Virus record (IMG/VR): IMGVR_UViG_3300028591_000179
Coordinates: 1 to 64,000 of that record
DNA from: a virus
Taxonomy: Duplodnaviria > Caudoviricetes
Strand: one strand, 5' to 3'
DNA: 64,000 nucleotides
The translations under genes were made by a program, and so were the position numbers. The notes under the pieces were generated by a model. It had not been told where the DNA came from. It was given only the letters and a program-made list of their open reading frames with translations, and ran no database searches. Of the stretch, positions 38,573-46,605 are shown one piece after another (the first letter of the stretch is position 1; each line of letters opens with the position of its first letter).

Positions 38573-39244
38573 ATGAGTATATTTAGAAGTATAGTAGAAA
38601 ATATATTACAAGAAATGACTTACCCAAGTAATTTTGATTTACAATATTTTTCAACTATTCCTACATTTAAAGATCGTATTAAATATTGTAAAGACAGATT
38701 AAAACTTATTGGAAACGGTACATCACGTATAGCATTCCAAGTTGATGACAAAAAAGTACTTAAAATTGCAAAAAACTCAAAAGGGATTGCACAAAATATA
38801 AAAGAAGAAGATTGGGGTAGAAATCAATATGGTTGCTTTGCTAAAATATATGAAGCTGATACAAATAATCATACATGGATAGAAATGGAATTAGCAAGTA
38901 AAGTAACTTTTAAAAACTTTATTGAACATTTTGGATTATCTGCAAAATCTTTATTACCTGTATTTGAATATGTATATAATACCTACACTGATATAAATAA
39001 AAATAATAAACTTCCAGAAAAAGAACAAATAGAAGAATTTTTAAAAAACAATATATATAATAAGAAAAATAAAGAATTATATAATCTTTACCAATATATA
39101 TTAGATTACCAACCAGATAAATTAACTATAAAAGATTGGTGTCGATCAGATAATTGGGGTAAAGTAAATAGAAATGGTAAAGAATACTATGTTATTATAG
39201 ATGATGGATTTGATGAAGATATATGGAATAAATATTATGCTTAA
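38573..39244 (+). CDS. Protein kinase-like enzyme with MSxF leader
   Basis: Gly loop IGNGTSRIAF, beta3 VLKIAK, alphaC 'QNIKE', catalytic 'DWCRSDNWG', 'IIDDG'. Confidence 0.7.
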   Translation: MSIFRSIVENILQEMTYPSNFDLQYFSTIPTFKDRIKYCKDRLKLIGNGTSRIAFQVDDKKVLKIAKNSKGIAQNIKEEDWGRNQYGCFAKIYEADTNNHTWIEMELASKVTFKNFIEHFGLSAKSLLPVFEYVYNTYTDINKNNKLPEKEQIEEFLKNNIYNKKNKELYNLYQYILDYQPDKLTIKDWCRSDNWGKVNRNGKEYYVIIDDGFDEDIWNKYYA

Positions 39245-39311
39245 AAATTTCAATAAATAAAATCATAATATATAAAAAATAAAAAAATATCATACATTAC
39301 AATCACTAATA

Positions 39312-39318
39312 TGTTCTA
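39312..39318 (+). promoter_or_regulatory. Late promoter variant TGTTCTA for MCP
   Basis: Only copy of the motif in the 295-nt intergenic region. Confidence 0.55.
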
Positions 39319-39538
39319 TATATACATAATATTAAAGTTAAATCTCAATTATATATATTAAAAAACATATAATTAAAATGCTACGAGATTTAAACTACTA
39401 CTCTGGATTATAAGTCAACATAAGTTATATAAGATTAATTAAATTTATTCATCACTGCTTATACCTTCTTATACAAAATAACAAAATCATATATTAAACT
39501 TAAATTTTCAAAAAACAAACAAAAGGATATAATATAAA

Positions 39539-41152
39539 ATGTCTATTATGAGAAGAATTGAAAATAACGGTCTAGTAGAAAAAACTCGTAGCGAAAAAAT
39601 TGCAAACGGTATTTCTCATGCTGCTAACGTATTACACGAGTCTACTTTAGGTCGTCGTTGCCCTAACTTATTAAAGGGTATTGAATCAGAAAGCAAAGAA
39701 GCACGTTATCAAGCTGCTACTATGGTTCAACTTATCGAAAACATGGCTGAAAAATATGCTAAAGAACAAGGCGTACAAATCTTACACGAAGATACAGCTG
39801 GTACTGCAGGTCCTGCTACTACTGCTGCTACGGCTATGTTGACTCCTGGCGTATCAACTTTAACTCCGCAAGTAGTTGATATTGTTAATGTTTTCTATCC
39901 GCAAATGGTTTCTAATTACATTGCAGATATTCAAGCATTAGATCGTCAGTCTGGTATGATTTTCACCATTAAGACACGTTACAGTCAAGATGCTGCTGAT
40001 GTTGAAGCTGGTGACATTGTATTTGAAAAGCCTACTGATGGTACATATACTTCTGAAATGTTGGCATATAATCCTGATAAAACAACGATTGAAGAAGATG
40101 CTGATAAGAAAGTATACAAAGTACATGCTGAATTGAATAGTGCTTTACCTGAAGATGCAACAGTAAAAGTACGTGCTGGTTCGTTTATTGTTCGTGTTGA
40201 TGGTAAAGAAATTGCACGTGACTATGGTAATGGTTCTGCTAATTTGGATGGTACACAGAAGAAAGCAGAAGATGTATATGGTAAGTACAATGTAATTGGT
40301 CGTGGTGTATCTGGTACAGTTGATGCTGGTTCTGGTGTTGCTGAATTAGAATTAGATGCTAGTATGTATGCTGAAGCTGTTGAATTTGGTACATTTACGT
40401 TTGAAGCTGCTGTTGATACTGAGACTGATGTTGATTTGATTCGTAAGATTCAGTTCGATATTCCTGCTCAACCAGTATTAGCAAAAGAACACCCGTTAAT
40501 GAGTTCTTACAGTGTTGCATCTTCTTTGATTATGAATGCACACTTAGCAATTGATACTGATGAATTAATTGCTAACCAAATTGCTGGTACGATTCGTTGG
40601 GAACGTGACTTGTTATTGATTCAATCTGTTTATGCTGCTGCTGCTTCTAAGCTTGATTTAACATTTGATTGTTCTGCAAATGGTGCTAACTTAACATTAC
40701 AACAAAGATATAGTGCATATACAACAACGATTAGTACAGCTCGTGGTATTATTCAAGAGGTTGCTGGTCGTGGTACTGTTGAATTTATGATTGTAAGTGC
40801 TAAGCAAGGTTTAACAATCGTTGAAAATATTGAAGGCTTTAAGGCTGCTCCTGAAGCTAAGAAACCGATTGGTCCGTATTTAGCTGGTACATTACGTGAA
40901 GGTACAATTGCTGTTATTGCTGTTCCGTATACTAAGACATTACCGAGTGATCAAGTTGTATTTGGTTTCAAAGGATTCCAACTTGGTGATTCTGCTATTG
41001 TTTTGGCTGAATGGATTCCGTTGTACTTCACACCTACTTTCCAAGCTCCGAACTTAAAGAATCATAAAGGTGCTATGTCTTTCTATGATTTGTTCATGAA
41101 TAAGCCGGAATACTTGGTTAAAGGTGCTATTGCTAACTTTAACAATGCCTAA
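39539..41152 (+). CDS. Major capsid protein, T4 gp23-like
   Basis: 'A.QAATMVQLIEN', 'QALDRQSG.IF...RY', late 'G.Y..G...G.I.V...PY', 'G..LAEWIPL...T.....L...G....Y'; highly expressed codon usage; strong terminator. Confidence 0.88.
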   Translation: MSIMRRIENNGLVEKTRSEKIANGISHAANVLHESTLGRRCPNLLKGIESESKEARYQAATMVQLIENMAEKYAKEQGVQILHEDTAGTAGPATTAATAMLTPGVSTLTPQVVDIVNVFYPQMVSNYIADIQALDRQSGMIFTIKTRYSQDAADVEAGDIVFEKPTDGTYTSEMLAYNPDKTTIEEDADKKVYKVHAELNSALPEDATVKVRAGSFIVRVDGKEIARDYGNGSANLDGTQKKAEDVYGKYNVIGRGVSGTVDAGSGVAELELDASMYAEAVEFGTFTFEAAVDTETDVDLIRKIQFDIPAQPVLAKEHPLMSSYSVASSLIMNAHLAIDTDELIANQIAGTIRWERDLLLIQSVYAAAASKLDLTFDCSANGANLTLQQRYSAYTTTISTARGIIQEVAGRGTVEFMIVSAKQGLTIVENIEGFKAAPEAKKPIGPYLAGTLREGTIAVIAVPYTKTLPSDQVVFGFKGFQLGDSAIVLAEWIPLYFTPTFQAPNLKNHKGAMSFYDLFMNKPEYLVKGAIANFNNA

Positions 41153-41182
41153 TTAAAATTTAGTGTATTAAGTATAAGCATT

Positions 41183-41380
41183 AAAAAATCCCCTCGGAGG
41201 AAATTCGGGGGGATTCTTTTTACGTCAAAGAGGTAAATAAACTTTCAAACAACCTCAAATGAAAGGCAAGCAAATAAACTACCTTAATACCTAATTGCAA
41301 CAAAAAATATTACTTTAGCTTATCTGTTATCGGTTACAAGATAGTTTGATCAGGAGATAACCAAACGTCTTGATAATTAT
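41183..41380 (-). ncRNA. Candidate small RNA 1
   Basis: Promoter-like TTTACA at 41409-41404, hairpins 41337-41372 and 41230-41256, no SD-led ORF. Confidence 0.35.
41187..41220 (+). terminator. MCP terminator
   Basis: AATCCCCTCG/CGGGGGATT stem with T tail and upstream A tract. Confidence 0.85.
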
Positions 41381-41512
41381 ATTTATATCATAATTTTTTT
41401 ATTTGTAAAGCATTTTTTTTGACCATAGAATCATTTTTTTAATAATATAGTAGGGAAAGCTAAAAAATTAGAAAGTATGTATTATATGGTCATTTATGGA
41501 GATATTTGAAAT

Positions 41513-41690
41513 AAAAAAAGACCCAAATATAAAACCAATTTGGATCTTTGTCGAAGACTTTGACTTGACTAATAAAGTTGCCAGAAGAATTATGCAATTT
41601 ATAGTCGAAGCTGTTGATAAAGAAAAGAAATTGGCTAATGATAATTGTTTGCTTTATCTCTGCTATCTTTTTCTTTATACATTATTATAT
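41513..41690 (-). ncRNA. Candidate small RNA 2
   Basis: Promoter-like TTTACA at 41716-41711; minus-strand terminator 41546-41513. Confidence 0.4.
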
Positions 41691-41893
41691 ATAACATAAA
41701 AAATTTGATTTGTAAAGCATTATTTTTTTAGACAAAAGATTAATTTATGGACTGACCGTTTATTGATTTTGCTCCGGGAAAAAATAAAACTTTTTTGAAT
41801 GAGTTTTCTTTTAAATCAATGACTTAACATTTTGTCAATTTTCCATACAAAAACAAGCATTCTAATAAATATTTTTGATTAATTGCTTATTTA

Positions 41894-41900
41894 AGTTCTA
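41894..41900 (+). promoter_or_regulatory. Putative late promoter AGTTCTA
   Basis: 26 nt before the SD-led ATG at 41927. Confidence 0.6.
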
Positions 41901-41926
41901 GTATAATGCAATATTTGGAGATAGTT

Positions 41927-42148
41927 ATGGAAGAATTTATAGAGTATTATGAAGATATAGATGCTGTTAATAATATCTTAAACTCAAATGAATATATTAA
42001 ATTTACAGTTAATGAATGTACAGTAAATGCATTAAATAAAAAGGCAGATTTTATAAATAAATGTTACAATAGTATGTGGTTACCTTTGTGCATAAAATAC
42101 CATCCTACAGTACGTGTATATGATAAAGTGTTTTATGTAAAAAAATAA
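41927..42148 (+). CDS. Hypothetical protein; start moved to MEEFIE
   Basis: GGAG SD at 41917-41920. Confidence 0.55.
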   Translation: MEEFIEYYEDIDAVNNILNSNEYIKFTVNECTVNALNKKADFINKCYNSMWLPLCIKYHPTVRVYDKVFYVKK

Positions 42149-42193
42149 GTCATACTTTTATATATGACTTATTCTTGTAAATATTTCTACTTA

Positions 42194-42661
42194 TTAATAT
42201 GTATAACGCATAGCACAATATACATTAATGTGTTCCATACCTTTTGCATCTCTGCTTACAAATGATTTAGTTTTAGCATAGCGAATAGCTTTTGGTTCAA
42301 CTAATTCAAAACCTTCTTCAGGATTAAACGGATTAGGAACAACTAAACCTGCACCCGCTGAAGCTGAGTCAGAAGCAGAACCAGATTCTTCGGCTCTAAT
42401 AGCAACTTCATTCATAACGTCAGCCCAAGACAAAGAATCCATAGGTTCCTCATCGGCATCTAAGTTCTTGTAGCTCATAACAACATAGTGTGATACTTCT
42501 TCACCAGAGGCATTACTAGCATTAGAAGCAGAACCAGAAGCTGAACCAGATCCAGATTCTTCAGATGCATAAACTGTTTCATAGATAGAAGCAGCTAAAG
42601 ACATTGTATCGTCTTCATAGACAGAGCCAGAAGCGATCATTTTATTAGACAGTACTTTCAT
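42194..42661 (-). CDS. Late acidic protein with Ser/Ala/Gly linkers, possible virion decoration protein
   Basis: MCP-like codon usage; AGTTCTA at 42745-42739. Confidence 0.7.
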   Translation of the reverse strand: MKVLSNKMIASGSVYEDDTMSLAASIYETVYASEESGSGSASGSASNASNASGEEVSHYVVMSYKNLDADEEPMDSLSWADVMNEVAIRAEESGSASDSASAGAGLVVPNPFNPEEGFELVEPKAIRYAKTKSFVSRDAKGMEHINVYCAMRYTY

Positions 42662-42737
42662 CGTATTATATTCCTATTATTTAAAACGCCTTTTGGAAAT
42701 ATGTATTTGCTAAGACGGCGCGTTATCTTAGTATTTA

Positions 42738-43001
42738 TTAGAACTTAGGGTTTATACGAAGATAAGCTGCTAATAATTCTATATTGTCTTTATCTAATAA
42801 TATAACATTATGATCTTCAAATGCTGTAAAATTTATATAATATTTTAGTCCAAGACTTCTTATAAGGCTTATGGGTTTAGCGAAATTAAGTACTTTTAAT
42901 TTTAGAGCATATTTTTTTAGTTTACTTACATACATTATTGATACAGATACTTTATTCGCATAGAAAGCATCATATATAATTCGTGTTATTGCCTTACTCA
43001 T
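42738..43001 (-). CDS. Hypothetical protein (C-terminal motif family)
   Basis: Ends 'DNIELLAAYLRINPKF'. Confidence 0.6.
   Translation of the reverse strand: MSKAITRIIYDAFYANKVSVSIMYVSKLKKYALKLKVLNFAKPISLIRSLGLKYYINFTAFEDHNVILLDKDNIELLAAYLRINPKF
42739..42745 (-). promoter_or_regulatory. Putative late promoter AGTTCTA
   Basis: 77 nt upstream of 42661, overlapping the end of the 42738 ORF. Confidence 0.55.
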
Positions 43002-43302
43002 TTTGTCGTGCCTTTATAATATTTTGTATACGAAGAGCACTCCAGAATAATTCTATTTGCTCCTTGTTTATATATATTTGTTTATTTCTTATTTTATATT
43101 TTACTGGATATACCTCTATGATTCCTTTAGTTACATAAGCTATAGCTAAATCTTTAAAGTTATCTAATGTATATGGAAAACTTATAATTATACCATTTTT
43201 TTTAGAGTCTTGAGAAACATTGGCAAGACCTAAATATGGAATAGGACTTAATACTAATCTAATAAGTTCTTGTATATCCTTAATAATTTGTTCATTTACC
43301 AT
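42994..43302 (-). CDS. Hypothetical protein (C-terminal motif family); start moved to MVNEQ
   Basis: GGAG SD; 'EQIELFWSALRIQ'. Confidence 0.6.
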   Translation of the reverse strand: MVNEQIIKDIQELIRLVLSPIPYLGLANVSQDSKKNGIIISFPYTLDNFKDLAIAYVTKGIIEVYPVKYKIRNKQIYINKEQIELFWSALRIQNIIKARQNE

Positions 43303-43390
43303 TTGTTTCTCCATCGATTAACTTAAATACATTGAGGTGATAACTATATAGGAGACATAGTATATAATTACCACCTCCATTTATTATGTA

Positions 43391-43522
43391 CTAGTCTAAT
43401 TTTACCGGTCTAGTACATACAGCACACATTTCTTCTTTTAATCTAATACATTCAGCCAAACAATCACTAAAATATTGATAAGGTTGAGGGATTATTTTAC
43501 CATTTAATTCTACATACCACAT
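43391..43522 (-). CDS. 43-aa Cys-rich protein (not in ORF track)
   Basis: AAAGGAG SD; MWYVELNGK...CLAEC...CAVCTRPVKLD*. Confidence 0.7.
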   Translation of the reverse strand: MWYVELNGKIIPQPYQYFSDCLAECIRLKEEMCAVCTRPVKLD

Positions 43523-43535
43523 TTTTTTACTCCTT

Positions 43536-43802
43536 TCAATTTGCTAATAACATATAACCTGCTAAACAATCTGCAGTTTCTTTATAAAATTTTAGCCAAT
43601 ATATATTTCGTTTATCATCTAACCAAATACTATCAGCTATTCTTGCTAATTTATTAAATTCATGCATATGCTTATGATAACTTGCCTTGCTAATACCTAT
43701 AGTAAATGTTGCTGATTTAACTCGGTATTTGCGAAGGAGAATGTGTGTATCATAACGCTTTTGCATAAATCGCCGAAAATCATATAATGGATTGCTAGAC
43801 AT
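43536..43802 (-). CDS. Hypothetical protein
   Basis: Tiled ORF. Confidence 0.6.
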   Translation of the reverse strand: MSSNPLYDFRRFMQKRYDTHILLRKYRVKSATFTIGISKASYHKHMHEFNKLARIADSIWLDDKRNIYWLKFYKETADCLAGYMLLAN

Positions 43803-43803
43803 T

Positions 43804-44730
43804 TTATGCGTTCCTTGCCATTTTTAGTTTCATATAATATACTAATACATGTGCAGCCGCTGATTTACTTTCCCAACAATCATTCTTATAATCATATATT
43901 CTTGAATTACCTTGTTCATATAATCTTAATAATTTACAGGTAGCTCTGCATTCATTATCTTCTTCTTCATTTTCAAATAGCGGTACATATTTCATTCTTT
44001 CTTCATGAGGACATCTACTACCATTTCTACGTTTATGGTACTCATCTTCAGCTGCTTCATACCGTAAATAAAAATCCTTGACTAATTTACCTACCTCTAA
44101 TACCTCATCTGGCATACCTATATTTTCGAATATAGCTATCCACTTTGGGTTTCTAAAAGTTTTTTCCGGACCAACACTATAGTAATGCTGTGAATATGTA
44201 TCATATACATATGGTAAATCTACTAAGTCTAACCATTCCTCAAAAGATTTATCTGGAAATACTTCTTTGATTAATTTATCTTTTCTTTTCCATAACTGTA
44301 AAAATTCATAATTAAACGTTTGCTTTGAATCTAATATGCCATATGTATAATATGTTACAGGCCTAATTGCCATCTTAGCTAACCATGAATTAGTTATAAT
44401 GTCACGGATTTTCTTACAGCTTTTAATCATAGGAATAGTTAATGGGGCTTGAGCTTTTAATGCTGTCTCTATTTTTTCTAATGTAATTTTCTCTGTAGGA
44501 TAATCTTTTAATGTTCTACCGTCAATAGCTAAATTATCATCAATTGTAAAATTTAAATATTCTTTACAATGGCGAGGATCATTTTTACCACAATAACTTT
44601 TCCATTCTCCGTTATCTTGTAAACCAAGTATTTCTGAAAACTTTTTATATACTGCTGTACGATTAGTATTGTTTATTCCATATTCACAGAGATGTATTAA
44701 GTTAGTTAATTCTTTAATATCTATGCCCAT
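43804..44730 (-). CDS. Hypothetical protein
   Basis: GGAGG SD; 308 aa. Confidence 0.75.
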   Translation of the reverse strand: MGIDIKELTNLIHLCEYGINNTNRTAVYKKFSEILGLQDNGEWKSYCGKNDPRHCKEYLNFTIDDNLAIDGRTLKDYPTEKITLEKIETALKAQAPLTIPMIKSCKKIRDIITNSWLAKMAIRPVTYYTYGILDSKQTFNYEFLQLWKRKDKLIKEVFPDKSFEEWLDLVDLPYVYDTYSQHYYSVGPEKTFRNPKWIAIFENIGMPDEVLEVGKLVKDFYLRYEAAEDEYHKRRNGSRCPHEERMKYVPLFENEEEDNECRATCKLLRLYEQGNSRIYDYKNDCWESKSAAAHVLVYYMKLKMARNA

Positions 44731-44749
44731 TTATATTCCTCCTATTAAT

Positions 44750-44784
44750 AAGGTCTTAAGATTATTACCTAAGACCTTGTTTTT
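44750..44784. terminator. Hairpin or terminator
   Basis: AAGGTCTTA/TAAGACCTT stem. Confidence 0.55.
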
Positions 44785-44789
44785 ACTAA

Positions 44790-44855
44790 TTATTTCTTAC
44801 GACCACCGCGTTTTTTACTATTTAAAACTGATCTAATAAATTGTGTTTTTGTCAT
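44790..44855 (-). CDS. 21-aa basic peptide (not in ORF track)
   Basis: GAAAGG SD; MTKTQFIRSVLNSKKRGGRKK*. Confidence 0.6.
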   Translation of the reverse strand: MTKTQFIRSVLNSKKRGGRKK

Positions 44856-44909
44856 TTATATTACCTTTCATATATAATCGTAAAAGACTTAATTATCTTT
44901 TATAACTAT

Positions 44910-44938
44910 ATTTTACTTTAATTAACTATATATGTAAA
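44910..44938 (-). promoter_or_regulatory. Sigma70-like promoter
   Basis: TTTACA-N17-TAAAAT. Confidence 0.7.
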
Positions 44939-44968
44939 ACAGTTTATGCATTTAATATGTATTATGTA

Positions 44969-45259
44969 TTAGTCACCATTAGGCCAACGAGCACAAACTT
45001 GTTTATCTGTATCATCTATATCATCATCGGTATCTAATCCAAGAAAAGATTCAGCTTCATGCTTTGCACTTTCTAAGCTATTAGCAAACCAAGAATCTTC
45101 ATCTATTTCAAATTCACATTCATTTGATAACTCGTCTAAATAATCTATGAAATCATCTTTATCATAAGAGTTTAAGAATGTCCAAGTTTCACTTTTACCA
45201 TCTGGTTTTGTAACTGTAACCGCATACATCATAGTCATTGATACTTCACTCATATTCAT
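44969..45259 (-). CDS. Acidic hypothetical protein
   Basis: AAGGAG SD. Confidence 0.65.
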   Translation of the reverse strand: MNMSEVSMTMMYAVTVTKPDGKSETWTFLNSYDKDDFIDYLDELSNECEFEIDEDSWFANSLESAKHEAESFLGLDTDDDIDDTDKQVCARWPNGD

Positions 45260-45265
45260 TCTCCT

Positions 45266-45526
45266 TTAATTAGTTGTAAGGGCTGGACCAATATAGTCTT
45301 CTGAATTATTCATTAATTCCCAATAATCATTCCAGTCAATTGTAAATACTTTATGTGTATCATCATTTAAAATACATCTCATTTTACTACCATCGTGTGA
45401 TTGACGAAAACCACAGATTGTTCCAGGCATAAATAGCTTTCTACCTTTTGTGGTTTCAATAGCTAATTTATTAGGAGCTCTTAATATTCTACGTCTATCA
45501 TAACATTCTAAACTTTTAAGTACCAT
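45266..45526 (-). CDS. Hypothetical protein
   Basis: GGAGG SD. Confidence 0.65.
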   Translation of the reverse strand: MVLKSLECYDRRRILRAPNKLAIETTKGRKLFMPGTICGFRQSHDGSKMRCILNDDTHKVFTIDWNDYWELMNNSEDYIGPALTTN

Positions 45527-45542
45527 TTATTCCTCCATTTAT

Positions 45543-45899
45543 TTAACAATATATTTTTCCCATTGGATATATAATATCATACAACTTATCTAAATATTTA
45601 ATATCAAGAAAGCATGTTGCATAAGTATAACCTTTTGGAATTTCATATTCAAGTTTTATATTAGTTAATTTTTCTATATTTGTTATTACATTTTTTAGAT
45701 CATCAATAGTAATTTCTGGAATATGCCAAAAACTAATTCCGCGTAATCTAAAACCAAGCTTCTGTGACTTATCAATAAAGTTATATACATCAACCTCTAA
45801 ATAACTATCCTTATCTAAGAGATTAAACTTATATAACAATTTGATTAAACTATCACGTAGCTCTATTGCTTTTTTAGCTTCTGGACTCACTATAAACAT
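45543..45899 (-). CDS. Hypothetical protein
   Basis: Tiled ORF. Confidence 0.6.
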   Translation of the reverse strand: MFIVSPEAKKAIELRDSLIKLLYKFNLLDKDSYLEVDVYNFIDKSQKLGFRLRGISFWHIPEITIDDLKNVITNIEKLTNIKLEYEIPKGYTYATCFLDIKYLDKLYDIIYPMGKIYC

Positions 45900-45912
45900 C
45901 TCCTATTCCTTT

Positions 45913-46197
45913 TTATTCTTCTGGCATTTGATGGGTTTCCATAACAGATGCTAACGTTTCAAATTTAATACTTGGATCAATTACAGTATTCTTTAAATCA
46001 ATTTCAACTATACGAGCAGCCGAATTGATTAAATCATCAACTCCAGTTGTAACTTCATTATAATCATTAATATAATCAAGAATCTTTTCTGCTTCTTTTT
46101 TATTATCAGTTATAATGTTTTCGATATAATCTGGATCTAAAGCATATAAATCATTTTCAGTTGTATTATACGATTGAATTATATAAAGCTTTGCCAT
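45913..46197 (-). CDS. Acidic hypothetical protein, related to the 58894 and 59156 ORFs
   Basis: 'MAKLYII...NKKEAEKI.DYIN...VEIDL'. Confidence 0.65.
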   Translation of the reverse strand: MAKLYIIQSYNTTENDLYALDPDYIENIITDNKKEAEKILDYINDYNEVTTGVDDLINSAARIVEIDLKNTVIDPSIKFETLASVMETHQMPEE

Positions 46198-46198
46198 A

Positions 46199-46420
46199 TT
46201 AGTTCTCCTTTATTTCTTCTACATTTTCTACTTTAAAATCTTCATATGAATCACCTGGATCACAATATTCATCATAATCATCTGCGAAATCGCCATTGTC
46301 ATCAGCAGCTAATTTCTTAGCCTTAGTTTTTGCGGCCTTAAGTGATTCAGCTTCGAGTTCAAAAACATATGTTGAGTATTCTGTTCTTTTACCGGTAATT
46401 GTTACTGTATATTTTTTCAT
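46199..46420 (-). CDS. Acidic hypothetical protein
   Basis: 'YTVTI...ELEAES...A' pattern. Confidence 0.65.
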   Translation of the reverse strand: MKKYTVTITGKRTEYSTYVFELEAESLKAAKTKAKKLAADDNGDFADDYDEYCDPGDSYEDFKVENVEEIKEN

Positions 46421-46605
46421 TAATTATCTCCTTTTAAATTTGTGGTTACTGGTGTATCAGCATAACAATGACTTAACTTAAGTATTTCAGTATCATGTTT
46501 AATTTGATTTACATCATTATTAATATTAGTTATCATGGTTATTAGCCAAATAACTATAATTATTTGAATAAATCCAACTATAGGATTACAATCATCATCT
46601 TTCAT
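46420..46605 (-). CDS. Small membrane protein
   Basis: Single hydrophobic segment; AAGGAG SD. Confidence 0.6.
   Translation of the reverse strand: MKDDDCNPIVGFIQIIIVIWLITMITNINNDVNQIKHDTEILKLSHCYADTPVTTNLKGDN

Noticed and set aside
41496-41699. Plus-strand 67-aa ORF
   Set aside because: No clear SD or late motif, and it spans a minus-strand promoter and terminator pair. Not fully excluded.
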